Origin: Cellvibrionaceae bacterium | GTDB lineage: Bacteria > Pseudomonadota > Gammaproteobacteria > Pseudomonadales > Cellvibrionaceae | Assembly (NCBI GenBank): GCA_034112445.1 | Contig: JAWUVI010000021.1 | Coordinates: 12,815 to 76,814, forward strand | DNA: 64,000 bases | Direction: 5' to 3' | Shown here: positions 1 to 11,018 of the stretch, piece by piece | Position numbering within the stretch: the stretch's first letter is position 1 | Layout of the letters: each line of letters begins with the position of its first letter | Translations under genes and position numbers: made by a program | The notes under the pieces: model-generated | The model's database searches: none | Seen by the model: only the letters and a program-made list of their open reading frames with translations | What the model was told of the DNA's origin: nothing

Positions 1-248
1 GCCAATTGTTGCAATGGAATATTCCAACGCTTATCCGCAAAGCCTTCCTCATCAAAGCTAATGTAAAAAAACACGGCTGATTTGACTAATAATTGCCCCG
101 TCAACTGTACAAAGACAGCCTCAACGTTTTTACTGCTAAGCTCAGGCATAGGAGCAAAGCCATCTAAAATCGCTTCAAATTCAGAATACAGCATTTCCCG
201 TGAGACTTTATTGTCTTCAAAGATTAGAACTGCCGTTAGGTCTTGCAT
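1..248 (-). CDS. Partial CDS (first 82 codons; continues past the left edge), hypothetical protein
   Basis: ATG at 248-246 on the minus strand, with an open frame to position 1 (MQDLTAVLIFEDNKVSREMLYSEFEAILDGFAPMPELSSKNVEAVFVQLTGQLL...). It diverges from the kinase gene at 313. No motif recognised. Confidence 0.4.
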   Translation of the reverse strand, partial: MQDLTAVLIFEDNKVSREMLYSEFEAILDGFAPMPELSSKNVEAVFVQLTGQLLVKSAVFFYISFDEEGFADKRWNIPLQQL

Positions 249-312
249 GTTTGGTTTCCATATTGGGTCTTGGGTATAATAATAACCGTCATTTACACAG
301 CTCAGAATACTT

Positions 313-1773
313 ATGATACATGACCTAATCATCCGCGCCAGTGAAAGCTATGCCATTGATTTCAATCAACTAACATTGGCCATTATTTTTTTATTGATCA
401 TTATCATCATAATTTCTCAAGCAAGTCGTTTAAAGCATAAAAAGAACAGAAATTACCTACAATTAACCCAAAAAGAGTTAGAACAAAGAATTACTGAAAG
501 AACTGAAAAGTTGCGCACATTGAACAGTCAACTATACAGTGAAATAGAAAAGCACAAAGACACTGAAATGCTACTAAGCAACACTCGAAACTACCTCAGT
601 AGCATCATCAACTCCATGCCCTCTATATTAATAGGGGTAACGGCCAATGGCTTTATTACGCACTGGAATACCGCTGCGCAAGATGCCACCCAAATCAGTG
701 AAGAAAATGCTCTTGGAAAGTATTTACTGGATGTTTATCCCACTATTCCGGTAACACTAACCGCCATTAAAGAAACGATAGACACTAGAATGCCTCGTCT
801 TACAGAAAATATTCAAGAAGGCCACGGTAGCCATACCCATAATACCGACTTAACAATTTACCCTTTGGTTAAAGGCGAAATGACAGGTGCCGTTATTCGC
901 TTAGATGATGTAACCATGCGGGTTAGGGTTGAGAATATGATGATTCATAATGAGAAAATGATGTCGCTTGGTGAACTTGCCGCAGGCATGGCGCATGAAA
1001 TAAACAATCCCCTAAGTGCGATGATCAATAGCGTCCAAAACATTCAACGTCGTACATCAGATAGTCTCCCCGCCAACCGAGAAACCGCCGCAAAACACGG
1101 CATGAAAATAGAACAAATCCGCAACTATCTGAGCGACAGGGAAATATTTAAATTTTTAGACTCTATCCGTGAAGCAGGTGACAGAGCAGCACGTATCGTT
1201 ACCAACATGCTCGAGTTCTCGCGTAACAACAATAAAAACCACGAACTCATAGATATTATCAAGTTAACCGAGCACGCACTGGAACTTGCTGGAAACTCTT
1301 TTGAACTGAAAACCCCTGATGGCTGCTATAAAATTAATGTCATAACAGAGTTCGAAACAAACATACCCGCATTCAAGTGTTCAGCACCAGAGCTGCAGCA
1401 AGTTATTCTTAATTTATTGCACAATGCCTGCCAAGCATTTACCGACACCAAATGGCCAGATTACAAGCACAACTCTTATGCTAACGCCGCTACGCCTAAA
1501 GTCCCTACTATCACTCTACGATTGTATCAATGGGATAACAATATTTGCATAGAGGTAGAAGACAACGGCAATGGCATGCCAGAAAGTGTCCGACGCCACG
1601 TATTTGAGCCTTTCTATACAACCAAAGAAGTTGGCAAAGGGACAGGTCTAGGCTTATCAGTAACTTATTTTATTGTTACAGAGCACCATGAAGGAACAAT
1701 TGATGTTGAGTCGACACCCGGTGAAGGTACAAACTTCATCGTCACCTTGCCAATGAATTCAACCAAGCAATAA
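313..1773 (+). CDS. Membrane-anchored PAS sensor histidine kinase
   Basis: 486-aa ORF. N-terminal TM helix (LAIIFLLIIIIIISQA), coiled-coil linker and PAS-like segment. H-box HEINNPLS, plus HATPase N/G boxes (LLHNACQAF, EDNGNGMP, GKGTGLGLS). Confidence 0.9.
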   Translation: MIHDLIIRASESYAIDFNQLTLAIIFLLIIIIIISQASRLKHKKNRNYLQLTQKELEQRITERTEKLRTLNSQLYSEIEKHKDTEMLLSNTRNYLSSIINSMPSILIGVTANGFITHWNTAAQDATQISEENALGKYLLDVYPTIPVTLTAIKETIDTRMPRLTENIQEGHGSHTHNTDLTIYPLVKGEMTGAVIRLDDVTMRVRVENMMIHNEKMMSLGELAAGMAHEINNPLSAMINSVQNIQRRTSDSLPANRETAAKHGMKIEQIRNYLSDREIFKFLDSIREAGDRAARIVTNMLEFSRNNNKNHELIDIIKLTEHALELAGNSFELKTPDGCYKINVITEFETNIPAFKCSAPELQQVILNLLHNACQAFTDTKWPDYKHNSYANAATPKVPTITLRLYQWDNNICIEVEDNGNGMPESVRRHVFEPFYTTKEVGKGTGLGLSVTYFIVTEHHEGTIDVESTPGEGTNFIVTLPMNSTKQ

Positions 1774-1890
1774 ACCGATTCAACCGTCTCCTCTTAACGA
1801 CATTTTCAATTCGATCGTTTTGACCTAGGCTTTGGACTTAATTATAACTAGGTGGAAATAGCCATGATGGACTTCAACTTCTGTGGTCTT

Positions 1891-2394
1891 TTAGAGTGTG
1901 TGATAATTGCCATTCAAATAGACTAGTGGATTAATTTTTTCTATATCACCTTCAGTCTCATTAACCAGTACTCGGTCTATCCGGCCAATAAGGATGCCAT
2001 GAGTGCCATAATCGATCATTTCATCGCGTGTACACATAAAACACGCCAGTGCACTTTCTAAGTAGGGCTCTGTTGCTGACATATTCCAATCGCCCAGTTC
2101 GAAACGGGACAAACCGGAATCACCAAAAGCACATCGATTTGATATTTCTTCGTGTTCGGCAGAGAGTAAATTAATACAAAATTTTGAATTAGGTAACTGT
2201 AAAGCCTCATAAACTCGAGTGTCTTCATTAATACACACCAACAAAGAAGCCGGTGAATCGGAGACGGACGTCACTGAAGTGGCCGTCATCGCGCATGGCT
2301 CACCGTTGGCATCACTAGCGGTTATAACACACACACCAGAAGCTAAACGGCGCATGCCTTCTTTCATTGCCTGTCCTATATCCACTACTTTCAT
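1891..2394 (-). CDS. Flavin reductase-like (FMN-binding split-barrel) family protein
   Basis: 167-aa ORF with typical flavin-reductase-domain segments (RLASGVCVITA, TATSVTSVSDSPASLLVCIN, FCINLL). Confidence 0.75.
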   Translation of the reverse strand: MKVVDIGQAMKEGMRRLASGVCVITASDANGEPCAMTATSVTSVSDSPASLLVCINEDTRVYEALQLPNSKFCINLLSAEHEEISNRCAFGDSGLSRFELGDWNMSATEPYLESALACFMCTRDEMIDYGTHGILIGRIDRVLVNETEGDIEKINPLVYLNGNYHTL

Positions 2395-2531
2395 AAACCT
2401 ACCTAACCACTCATGTTAATAAATACTTAATCTAGACGAACTCAAGATTCATTTTAGCTTGTATAAAGTTATAATGATTCAAAATTAATGACCCATCCGA
2501 ATTTATTTTAAAAGATAACGAATAACATGCC

Positions 2532-3620
2532 ATGTCAGTAGATCAAATACAGCCAAACCAATATCAAACTCAGCTCTATGAGAAATACGACAGAATAAAG
2601 AGTCAATTTTCAGACTTTGATTTACCAGAAATTGAAGTTTATGAATCACCCGATGCATTTTATCGCATGCGCGCTGAGTTTAAAATCTGGCACGAAGGTG
2701 ATGCCTCACATTATGCGATGTACAAACCAGGTGAATACAGAAAGCCTTTTATTGTGGATGAGTTTCCGGTTGCCAACAAACACATTAATAACTTAATGCC
2801 ACTTTTGTTAGACGCTATTAATTCAAACAATATTATTCGAAACCGTTTATTCCAAGCTGAATTTCTAACCAGCCAAACCAACGATACAGTCATTACTTTA
2901 ATTTACCACAAGGCTTTAGACGAAGAATGGCAAGAGGCTGCAACAGATTTATCTGATTTACTTAATGCAAACATTATTGGTCGGAGCAAAAAACAAAAAC
3001 TTGTTATTGGCCGTGATTACGTAGAAGAAACCTTAACAGTTGAAAATAAACCTTATTATTATCAACAGGTTGAGGCTAGCTTTACCCAGCCTAACGCTGC
3101 TGTATGTGAAAAAATGCTGGATTGGGCCGTTAACTCAATAAAAGATAAAAATCGTGATTTTTTAGAACTCTACTGTGGCAACGGTAATTTTACCGTTCCT
3201 CTGTCACTTAATTTCCGTCAAGTTCTTGCCACAGAAATTTCTAAAACATCGGTTAAATCTGCGACTCATAATTTTGAAAAGAATAACATTGAAAATGCCA
3301 AAGTCGTTCGAATGTCGAGTGAAGAGTTTTCTGATGCAATGGATAGTGTTCGAGAGTTCAGACGATTAGAAGGCATTAATTTAACCGAATATGACTTCTC
3401 TACTGTTTTGGTCGATCCACCAAGAGCAGGTTTAGATGAACATACAGAACAAATGGTTTGCCGCTTTGATACCATTCTTTATATTTCATGCAACCCAGAT
3501 ACTCTCTATAAAAATCTAGAGCGCATTTGCGCAAGCCATAAAATCATACGATTTGCTCTATTTGATCAGTTTCCTTACACATCCCATATTGAATGCGGGG
3601 TTGTATTAAGTAAAAGGTAA
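2532..3620 (+). CDS. trmA: tRNA/tmRNA (uracil-C5)-methyltransferase TrmA
   Basis: 362 aa, colinear with E. coli TrmA. SAM-binding motif LELYCGNGNF, VDPPRAGLD motif and catalytic-Cys motif YISCNP near the C-terminus. Confidence 0.9.
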   Translation: MSVDQIQPNQYQTQLYEKYDRIKSQFSDFDLPEIEVYESPDAFYRMRAEFKIWHEGDASHYAMYKPGEYRKPFIVDEFPVANKHINNLMPLLLDAINSNNIIRNRLFQAEFLTSQTNDTVITLIYHKALDEEWQEAATDLSDLLNANIIGRSKKQKLVIGRDYVEETLTVENKPYYYQQVEASFTQPNAAVCEKMLDWAVNSIKDKNRDFLELYCGNGNFTVPLSLNFRQVLATEISKTSVKSATHNFEKNNIENAKVVRMSSEEFSDAMDSVREFRRLEGINLTEYDFSTVLVDPPRAGLDEHTEQMVCRFDTILYISCNPDTLYKNLERICASHKIIRFALFDQFPYTSHIECGVVLSKR

Positions 3621-3621
3621 C

Positions 3622-4077
3622 TTAACTGAATTCTTTCAAAACTCGCAGGCTCGCATCAATAATAAATTCTTGGTGATCTTTTTCGAGTTTCAGTCTTTCA
3701 TTATCGAAGGTTAATTTTTTCTTTATAGGTAATGTTTTCCACGCTTCCAAAACAGGGATATGCGCCGTAGCTTCTGCTAACAAATGAAACGGCTTATAAC
3801 TATCTCGATAATGTTCAGCCCCTTCAAGAGAATCTAGTAAGACACTTATTCGAATCGCACCTTCGGTAAAACTTAATTGCTTATCGAGCAATCCTTGGGC
3901 GAGTATTTGTATGCTTTTAATTCTGCGTTGAGTTTGTTCCTGCGCAGCATCATCAATTATCTGCTGCGCTGCAATATTACGCTTTTTAAGCTGTTCAACT
4001 CGATATAAATAATGGGCAGCAACCACACTAAGAACTAAAATAATAACCACTGCCAGCCAAAATAATACTCCCATCAT
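3622..4077 (-). CDS. Small membrane-anchored protein (DUF2489-like), translationally coupled to rmuC
   Basis: 151-aa ORF with an N-terminal TM helix (VLFWLAVVIILVLSVVAA). Its start overlaps the rmuC stop by 4 nt (4074-4077). The family assignment is from memory of the sequence pattern only. Confidence 0.6.
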   Translation of the reverse strand: MMGVLFWLAVVIILVLSVVAAHYLYRVEQLKKRNIAAQQIIDDAAQEQTQRRIKSIQILAQGLLDKQLSFTEGAIRISVLLDSLEGAEHYRDSYKPFHLLAEATAHIPVLEAWKTLPIKKKLTFDNERLKLEKDHQEFIIDASLRVLKEFS

Positions 4078-5513
4078 ATTTTTACCGTGTCATCTTGGTT
4101 AGTTATTAAATGGGGTGTGCTAGTCGCATTGTCAATTTTATCAGCTGACAACTGGCGTTTTGTTTTCGCACCCAACGTTCGGAGATCTTCAACCCGCTTG
4201 AGCAAATTACCTTTGCCTGTCGATAGGCGCTTTTGCGCAGTATCGTATGCCGTATTGGTTTTACTTATTTGCTTACCAATTTCATCTAAAGAATCGACCA
4301 TGAGAACAAATTGATCGTATAAACCACCAGCCTGCCGCGCAATTTCTTCTGCGTTTTTGTTCTGTTTCTCATAGCGCCAGATATTTTCAACGGTTCGTAA
4401 TGTGGCCAATAAAGTCGTCGGGCTAACCAAAACAATGTGTTTATCATAAGCCTCTTTAAATAAACCAGGCTCTGTCTGTAAAGCCAACATAAAAGCGGCC
4501 TCGACAGGAATAAAAATAAAAACGAAATCAAGGGTTCTAATACCCTCTAAATCTTCATAGGATTTCAGACTAAGTTGTTTTATATGGTTGCGTAATGAAG
4601 CCACGTGTTGCTTTAATAAATCAGCTCGTTCAACGTCATTATCGCTCGAAAAATATCGTTCGTAGTGCACTAAAGATACTTTCGAATCTATTACAATATC
4701 TTTTTGTTCTGGCAACCTGATAATAACATCAGGGTTTCTACGGCCACCGTCTTCATTTTTTAATGATACTTGGAGATCGTATTCACGGCCTTTTTGCAGA
4801 CCAGACTCCTCTAATAAGCGCTCTAAAATCACCTCTCCCCAATTACCTTGAGCTTTATTATCACCCTTAATTGCATTGGCTAAATTTAGAGCGTCAGCGC
4901 CAATCTTACTGGTTTGTTTTTGTAATTCTGTGATTTGGCCGACCAATTGATTGCGTTCAGCGGCCTCTTTACCGTAAACATCCTCCACTTTTTTCCGAAA
5001 TTCTTGTAATTGTTCCTTCAGTGGATTAACCGACGCATCAAGTGTGGTTTTACTCTGTTCCGTAAAGGTTTTTTGTTTGCTATCAAAAATTCTATTGGCG
5101 ACCAACTCAAACTCTTTACTTAATTGATTCTTTGTTTCTGATAAATTATTTAATTGAGCGGTTAAGTTATCTTGCTGAGCCTCACTTTTGGCTTTAAGTT
5201 CAGCAAACGCAACTTTAAGCTGATCATGCTCTTTCTGCTCTACTTGCAGCTCCTGAATTCTTTCAAAACTACCGAGTTGTTTCGTTTGTTCCGTCACCAG
5301 ATTTAACTCTAATTGTTTCTGGTCTTCGAACGCCTTGATCAGTTGTTGCTTCAAATCGGTAATTTCAAGGCTGAGCTCACTCTGTGCGTGATCTAAAATA
5401 CGGCATTGCTGTTTCAACTGTCGATATAAAAACAGTGCTAAGATTAAGAGCATTATTGCCGCAAAAGATAGCAGCATAAAAACCTCATTAGGGATTGATG
5501 TCAAAAGACTCAT
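4074..5513 (-). CDS. rmuC: DNA recombination protein RmuC
   Basis: 479 aa. N-terminal TM helix and a long coiled-coil. RmuC-type C-terminal region (GNWGEVILERLLEESGL, PDVIIRLPEQKDIVIDSK, VLVSPTTLLATLR). Confidence 0.85.
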   Translation of the reverse strand: MSLLTSIPNEVFMLLSFAAIMLLILALFLYRQLKQQCRILDHAQSELSLEITDLKQQLIKAFEDQKQLELNLVTEQTKQLGSFERIQELQVEQKEHDQLKVAFAELKAKSEAQQDNLTAQLNNLSETKNQLSKEFELVANRIFDSKQKTFTEQSKTTLDASVNPLKEQLQEFRKKVEDVYGKEAAERNQLVGQITELQKQTSKIGADALNLANAIKGDNKAQGNWGEVILERLLEESGLQKGREYDLQVSLKNEDGGRRNPDVIIRLPEQKDIVIDSKVSLVHYERYFSSDNDVERADLLKQHVASLRNHIKQLSLKSYEDLEGIRTLDFVFIFIPVEAAFMLALQTEPGLFKEAYDKHIVLVSPTTLLATLRTVENIWRYEKQNKNAEEIARQAGGLYDQFVLMVDSLDEIGKQISKTNTAYDTAQKRLSTGKGNLLKRVEDLRTLGAKTKRQLSADKIDNATSTPHLITNQDDTVKI

Positions 5514-5553
5514 TTTGCATACTCTTACAATCTAAAATATTAAAGCCAGAATA

Positions 5554-5997
5554 ATGACCGATTTAAACAAACACTTATTAGATGAGCAAGCCGTGAAACA
5601 TATTAAAGACTTGTGCTCAAAAGGTTATTCTTTGTATGACGCTGACGATTACAAATCGGCACTGAGAGTATTCTATCAAGCTTGGATGATTCTACCTAAA
5701 CCTCAAATAGATTATGAGCAAGCAGGATGGGTCTTAACATGTATAGGCGATACCTATTTTCGACTGCAGCAATACGATCAAGCTCTGGAAGCTATTAATT
5801 CTGCCATGCACTGCCCTGCAGCCAACCGCAATCCATTCTTAACTTTACGTCAAGGACAGTGCCTACTAAAGCAACAAGACTTACCAGCGGCTAGAAAGGC
5901 TTTGTATAAGGCTTATCAAACTGGAGGAATGGATATTTTCACCAAAGAACCAACGGTATATTTAGATTCAATACGCGATTTAATAAGAGATCAATAG
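5554..5997 (+). CDS. Hypothetical TPR-like helical protein
   Basis: 147-aa ORF with helical-repeat-like segments (ALRVFYQAW, GDTYFRLQQYDQALEAINSA). No catalytic motif. Confidence 0.55.
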   Translation: MTDLNKHLLDEQAVKHIKDLCSKGYSLYDADDYKSALRVFYQAWMILPKPQIDYEQAGWVLTCIGDTYFRLQQYDQALEAINSAMHCPAANRNPFLTLRQGQCLLKQQDLPAARKALYKAYQTGGMDIFTKEPTVYLDSIRDLIRDQ

Positions 5998-5999
5998 CG

Positions 6000-8084
6000 T
6001 TAACCAGAGCAGTTTTGATTAAAAATAGATTTTTGTACACCATTAAAAACGTACACCATAAATTCATCCGGTGGTAAGGGCTTTGAAAATAAGTAGCCTT
6101 GAATTAAATCACAATCCATACCCTGTAAATATTGAAATTGCTCTTTTGTTTCAACCCCTTCGGCCACGACTTCTAATGATAAACGTTGTGCCATGGTGAT
6201 AATTAACTCGGTAATAACGCAGTCTTCCTCATCACCTGGAATATCCATAATAAACGATCGATCTATTTTTAATTGATCAATGGGCAACCGTTTTAAATAG
6301 CTTAACGAAGAAAACCCCGTGCCGAAATCATCAACGGATATCCTTAGCCCAAGCGCTCTTAATGCCGATAAATGCTCAATAGTCTGAGACAAGTTATCCA
6401 TGAACAAACTTTCAGTAATTTCCAGCTCAATTAATGACGGGTCTACGCCAACTTCTTTGATTACATTCTCAACCGAGCTGACAAAGCCAGGCGCCATTAA
6501 TTGCCTAGGCGATACATTAACGCTGATAAGGATACGACGACGCAGGGACTTATAAAGAGTTTTAGCCTGCTGACAGCCGCTACGTATTACCCATAGCCCA
6601 AAAGGTATGATTAAGTCACCGTTTTCAATAATATCAATAAATTCAACTGGCGCTCTAATCTTACCATCAGGGGATTGCCAGCGAACTAAAGCTTCAGCAG
6701 AATCAACCTCTCCTGTGCGGACATTAACTTTAGGCTGGTAATATAAGATAAATTCTTGGTTCTCAAATGCACTCTGTATTTCATGTTCTTTCTGTACACG
6801 GTTAGCAACGTTACGATCCATATCTGGAGTGAAAAAGCGAAAGCTATTTTTACCTTTTTGTTTCGCTTCGTACATAGCCACATCGGCATTTTTCATTAAT
6901 TCAGCAGAACCCATGCCATCTTGTGGCGCTATGGTTATACCTAAACTGGCTTTAATAGACAGGCCTTGTCCATCGATATAGACGGGTTGATTTAGCGCAC
7001 GAATAATTTTATTCGCAACAATAGACGCATAATGGACAGCATCGATTCCCGTTAATATTATGGCGAATTCATCTCCGCCTAAGCGAGCTATGGAATCTTC
7101 TTCACGCAAGCATTTTGTAAGCCTTTCAGCCGCCGTAATTAATAACTGATCACCTGCTTCATGCCCCATTGAGTCATTAATCATCTTGAAATTATCTAAA
7201 TCTAAATAGAGTAACGCGATTAAGCTGTCTTCACGTTTGACAGATAGCAACTCTTTTTCGAGTTGGTTCTTAAAATAGGTTCGGTTTTGTAAGCCGGTTA
7301 AATGATCGTAATAAGCTAGCCATGCCATCTTTTCGTTGTGCTCAGAGCCCTGAAAAGTATTTTGAGCACTGTATATATAGCTAACAAAATCACCTGACTC
7401 ATCGATGTACTTATAAACTGTCTGGAAGAGTTCACAAATCGGAACGACATTGTCAGCCGATTTAACTTCTGACTCCCAGAGTGATTCAGTTGCCAATTTT
7501 TCAGTGATTATTTTAGTAAGAGGCTCGAATTCGTCTGGAAATTTATCTCGGTAACAGTCATCAAAGTTAGAGTCGATGGCATTTTCACCAAAGGTATTGA
7601 GGAAGTTTTTATTGGCGTAAGTGATTTCCCAATCAGGGGATAATACAGCGGTTAAATCTTGGCTATTATCTACGATTGAATTCATCTTAGAGAGCGACTG
7701 ATTTACAGAATCCAATCTCTTAATGTTTTTATCGTGACTAGATAGAACCTCTCTGAGTTTTCGCGACATGCTTTCAATAATATTACCGAGCACACCTATT
7801 TCATCATCACTTGTTACCGGTGAAATAAACTTCCAGTCATTTTCTGAGATGTTTTTCGACTCGTCTGTAAGGCGTCGAACAGGATTAACGAAAAGAAAAC
7901 GTAAAGACACCAAACAGACAATAACGGAAGTCAGTATTATGAATGGTAAAATAATCAGCAGGCTATGAAGGTCTTTTTCATCAAAAAAAATACGCGATAG
8001 AATAAAAACCATGACCGATGAACATAAAACACCGATGAGTATCGTCATAAGAGTGATTTTTTTGCTAAGCAATGACTTACGCAC
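6000..8084 (-). CDS. Membrane HAMP-PAS-GGDEF-EAL cyclic-di-GMP signalling protein
   Basis: 694 aa. Two TM helices, a HAMP-like linker and a PAS-like region. Intact GGDEF (RLGGDEFAI) and EAL signatures (EALVRW, DDFGTGFSSLSYL, KIDRSF). Confidence 0.9.
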   Translation of the reverse strand: MRKSLLSKKITLMTILIGVLCSSVMVFILSRIFFDEKDLHSLLIILPFIILTSVIVCLVSLRFLFVNPVRRLTDESKNISENDWKFISPVTSDDEIGVLGNIIESMSRKLREVLSSHDKNIKRLDSVNQSLSKMNSIVDNSQDLTAVLSPDWEITYANKNFLNTFGENAIDSNFDDCYRDKFPDEFEPLTKIITEKLATESLWESEVKSADNVVPICELFQTVYKYIDESGDFVSYIYSAQNTFQGSEHNEKMAWLAYYDHLTGLQNRTYFKNQLEKELLSVKREDSLIALLYLDLDNFKMINDSMGHEAGDQLLITAAERLTKCLREEDSIARLGGDEFAIILTGIDAVHYASIVANKIIRALNQPVYIDGQGLSIKASLGITIAPQDGMGSAELMKNADVAMYEAKQKGKNSFRFFTPDMDRNVANRVQKEHEIQSAFENQEFILYYQPKVNVRTGEVDSAEALVRWQSPDGKIRAPVEFIDIIENGDLIIPFGLWVIRSGCQQAKTLYKSLRRRILISVNVSPRQLMAPGFVSSVENVIKEVGVDPSLIELEITESLFMDNLSQTIEHLSALRALGLRISVDDFGTGFSSLSYLKRLPIDQLKIDRSFIMDIPGDEEDCVITELIITMAQRLSLEVVAEGVETKEQFQYLQGMDCDLIQGYLFSKPLPPDEFMVYVFNGVQKSIFNQNCSG

Positions 8085-8261
8085 GAATTAAAGGCCTTAT
8101 ACTCTATTGAGTTTATCTGGGATAACACAGTCCATTATGTATTTTGGTGGATTCCAATATCACCAACTTACAGCTTAGACAATAAAGCCATAAACACCCA
8201 AAAATTAATGTAATTCAGCGAGTTATAATCGTTTCTGATACCATATTCTCACCATTAAAAA

Positions 8262-11018
8262 ATGCGTGAATTCGTTCTTATGTCTCTCATCAATCTAGAT
8301 CCACTTTTACATGCTATTGAACAAGATTACTTGATTCTTACTCCCAACAGCCGCCTAAAAAACAAGCTGATTGATGCCTATAATTCTCAACAGCTACGTA
8401 TAGGTAAAACGACTTGGCGCAACATTAGAGTTAAATCTGTACAAGAATGGTTGCATGAGTGCCATCAGCAACTATTAGACCAAGCACTCGTAAGCAGCCC
8501 CAAGGCTTTGATCAGCTCATTACAACGTCAATATCTTTGGCAGCAAATCATTGAAAGCAATAACACGGGCACTGAATTAATAAATTCACTGCGTCTAGCA
8601 ACTGATGCCGACAGCACTTACACCAATATTCAACGATGGAATCTTGACGACCATTCTTATTTATTAAGTATCACCGAAAACACACTGCACAAGCGTTTTG
8701 TTGAATGGTTACAGGTATTTACTGACACATTAAATGAATTGAAGCTGCACACATTCGAGGACATGCAAAAAACTATTATTCAAGCCTATAAGCAAGGCGC
8801 TCTAATCCAAGAACCTGAAGTCGTTACCTTAGGTTTTGGAGAGTTATCCCCTTTAGTTAGAAATACGTTTAGTGCTATAAGCAACAAAATAACCAGCCTT
8901 TCACCCACGGTAAACAAAGTTCAGAGCTGCGCAAAACTTGCTTGTAGGGATCGTGATAACGAAGCGGAAAATGCCTCGACTTGGGCCAAATCAGTGCTCG
9001 AGACCAATCAGGACGCTCGTATAGGCATTATTGTTCCAAACCTTGGACAAGACAGAGAAACTCTCGAGCGCCATCTATTACAAACATTTGAACCGCATTA
9101 TCTATTGCCCGAAACCAACCGCTACACTTTACCCTTTAACTTTTCAACCGGTGTCCCTCTAGGCTCTACCCCCTTTATTAAAGACACGCTAAACCTTCTC
9201 AAACTACTGCAACACGAGTATCAAACAAACACGTTAATTAGTTTATTGAACTCTCCTTTTTGGGGCCCCGAACATAGCACCCTAAAATGTATTGCTTTTG
9301 GACCCGATGAGCTAGACATTAAGTGTCAGTTAATCGATACGATTAAACGCAAAGGTCGAGCCACGCTATCGGCAACTCAATTTCGATATCTTGTGCGTAA
9401 ATGTGCCGAAACTCAGGCTAAAGATTCAGAATTTAATTACGAGGCTTGGTTAAATGATGCACTACAAACCATAGAGACAAATTCACGTTCAACCCCTACA
9501 AAACAATTGCCCAGCCGTTGGATTGTATTTTTTCAGCAGCAGCTAGAAGCCTTAAACTGGCCAGGACAAAGGCGTTTAGACAGTATTGAATATCAACAGG
9601 CGCAGCAATGGTTCACCTTTTTAGAAGATGTTTGTCGTTTAGATCAACTGCAAGCTCCAATAAGCTGCTATGACATGTTAGAGCGCCTCAGTAGCAGCGC
9701 CAACAACAGCCCTTTTCAGGCTCAGACCCAAGAATCCCCAATTCAAGTACTTGGAGCCCTTGAAGGCGCGGGACTCTTATTTACCGATTGCTGGGTTATG
9801 GGCATGACTGACAAAGACTGGCCCCCCACCCCACAGCCCAGCCCACTATTATCAATATCGGTTCAACGCCAGCATGGTATGCCTCATGCTGATGCAGCTC
9901 GTGAATTGATGTTTGCCGAAACACTGACTCACGACTATCAACATTGTGCCGAGCGGGTTATTTTTTCACACGCCACCGCCGACACCGAAAGTAAACTTCA
10001 GCACAGTCCACTTATCGATTCAATCAACGACGTAAATCTCGACGAGGTCATAGCTCAGAGCGACGGCTATCTAACCACCTATATCAATCAATTACAGGCT
10101 TCACCCAAAAGTGAAAGCGTAGACGTATCGTCTGCGCCAATAATGAGCACTGCGGAAAAGCAGTTCGTGCGCGGCGGCAGCCAAATTCTCCGCAACCAAG
10201 CCATTAACCCACTAGCCGCCTTCTTTATTCATCGCCTTGGCGCACAGCAGCCACAACCAATAAATCTTGGGTTTACACCGCAACAGAGAGGTCAAATATT
10301 ACACGATACTTTGGCTACTTTTTGGACGGACATTCAAGGCCAAGAAAACTTATTAGCGCTGGACAATGAACACATAGAAACCACTATTTTATCCTTAATC
10401 AATAGCCAGATGCTTAGCTATCAACAACGTGAACCTAAGGTTTATAACCCCCAATATTTAACCCTTGAGGCTAACCGACAAACACAACTCATCATGCAAT
10501 GGTTAGAACAAGAAAAACAACGACCAGCGTTTACGGTAAAAGGCTGTGAAACACCTATTACTGCAAATATCGCCGGCCTGACGTTGAATCTTCGTCTAGA
10601 TCGGCTTGATCAACTGCAAACCGGCGAATTGATTATTATCGACTATAAAACCGGCACACCCACATTAAAACAATGGGGTTCAGATAAACCAGAAGAACCT
10701 CAATTACCACTCTACGCCTTAACTTATGAACCCCAAATTCAGGCGCTCATGTTTGTGCAAATCAATATGAAGGCCGTTGCCATGAAAGGCATCGGTGACT
10801 TGACGGATCACCATGACGGGGTTATCCCTACAAGCAAAGGCGCCAGCCTAGATTTACCGGAAGACTGGCAGGCTATGCTTGAACATTGGCAACACACTTT
10901 GGAGCAATTATCGTTGGATTTTCAAAATGGCGTTTCTAGCAACGATTTTAAAACACCGGCACTGTCGCGTTATTACGAACACCTTAATGCCTGTCTCAGA
11001 ACACAGGAGCAGCAGTAA
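8262..11018 (+). CDS. PD-(D/E)XK nuclease family protein, AddB-type partner of the downstream helicase-nuclease
   Basis: 918 aa with a C-terminal nuclease motif (ELIIIDYKTGTP). Its stop overlaps the start of the next gene (TAATG at 11016-11020). No obvious helicase Walker motifs. The start could instead be the Met at codon 7. Confidence 0.75.
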   Translation: MREFVLMSLINLDPLLHAIEQDYLILTPNSRLKNKLIDAYNSQQLRIGKTTWRNIRVKSVQEWLHECHQQLLDQALVSSPKALISSLQRQYLWQQIIESNNTGTELINSLRLATDADSTYTNIQRWNLDDHSYLLSITENTLHKRFVEWLQVFTDTLNELKLHTFEDMQKTIIQAYKQGALIQEPEVVTLGFGELSPLVRNTFSAISNKITSLSPTVNKVQSCAKLACRDRDNEAENASTWAKSVLETNQDARIGIIVPNLGQDRETLERHLLQTFEPHYLLPETNRYTLPFNFSTGVPLGSTPFIKDTLNLLKLLQHEYQTNTLISLLNSPFWGPEHSTLKCIAFGPDELDIKCQLIDTIKRKGRATLSATQFRYLVRKCAETQAKDSEFNYEAWLNDALQTIETNSRSTPTKQLPSRWIVFFQQQLEALNWPGQRRLDSIEYQQAQQWFTFLEDVCRLDQLQAPISCYDMLERLSSSANNSPFQAQTQESPIQVLGALEGAGLLFTDCWVMGMTDKDWPPTPQPSPLLSISVQRQHGMPHADAARELMFAETLTHDYQHCAERVIFSHATADTESKLQHSPLIDSINDVNLDEVIAQSDGYLTTYINQLQASPKSESVDVSSAPIMSTAEKQFVRGGSQILRNQAINPLAAFFIHRLGAQQPQPINLGFTPQQRGQILHDTLATFWTDIQGQENLLALDNEHIETTILSLINSQMLSYQQREPKVYNPQYLTLEANRQTQLIMQWLEQEKQRPAFTVKGCETPITANIAGLTLNLRLDRLDQLQTGELIIIDYKTGTPTLKQWGSDKPEEPQLPLYALTYEPQIQALMFVQINMKAVAMKGIGDLTDHHDGVIPTSKGASLDLPEDWQAMLEHWQHTLEQLSLDFQNGVSSNDFKTPALSRYYEHLNACLRTQEQQ

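Noticed and set aside
82-279. 65-aa plus-strand ORF at the left edge.
   Set aside because: It overlaps the better-supported minus-strand open frame (ATG at 248 running off the window). It has no Shine-Dalgarno sequence and an implausible Cys/Ser-rich composition.
6000-8084. Whether the GGDEF-EAL protein is a LapD-like inside-out c-di-GMP receptor controlling the giant protein.
   Set aside because: It has intact GGDEF and EAL catalytic signatures plus a PAS domain, whereas LapD has degenerate ones. It is separated from the cluster by the addAB-type genes and aroF. No LapG-like periplasmic cysteine protease gene is present in the window, and I see no link beyond being in the same 64 kb.
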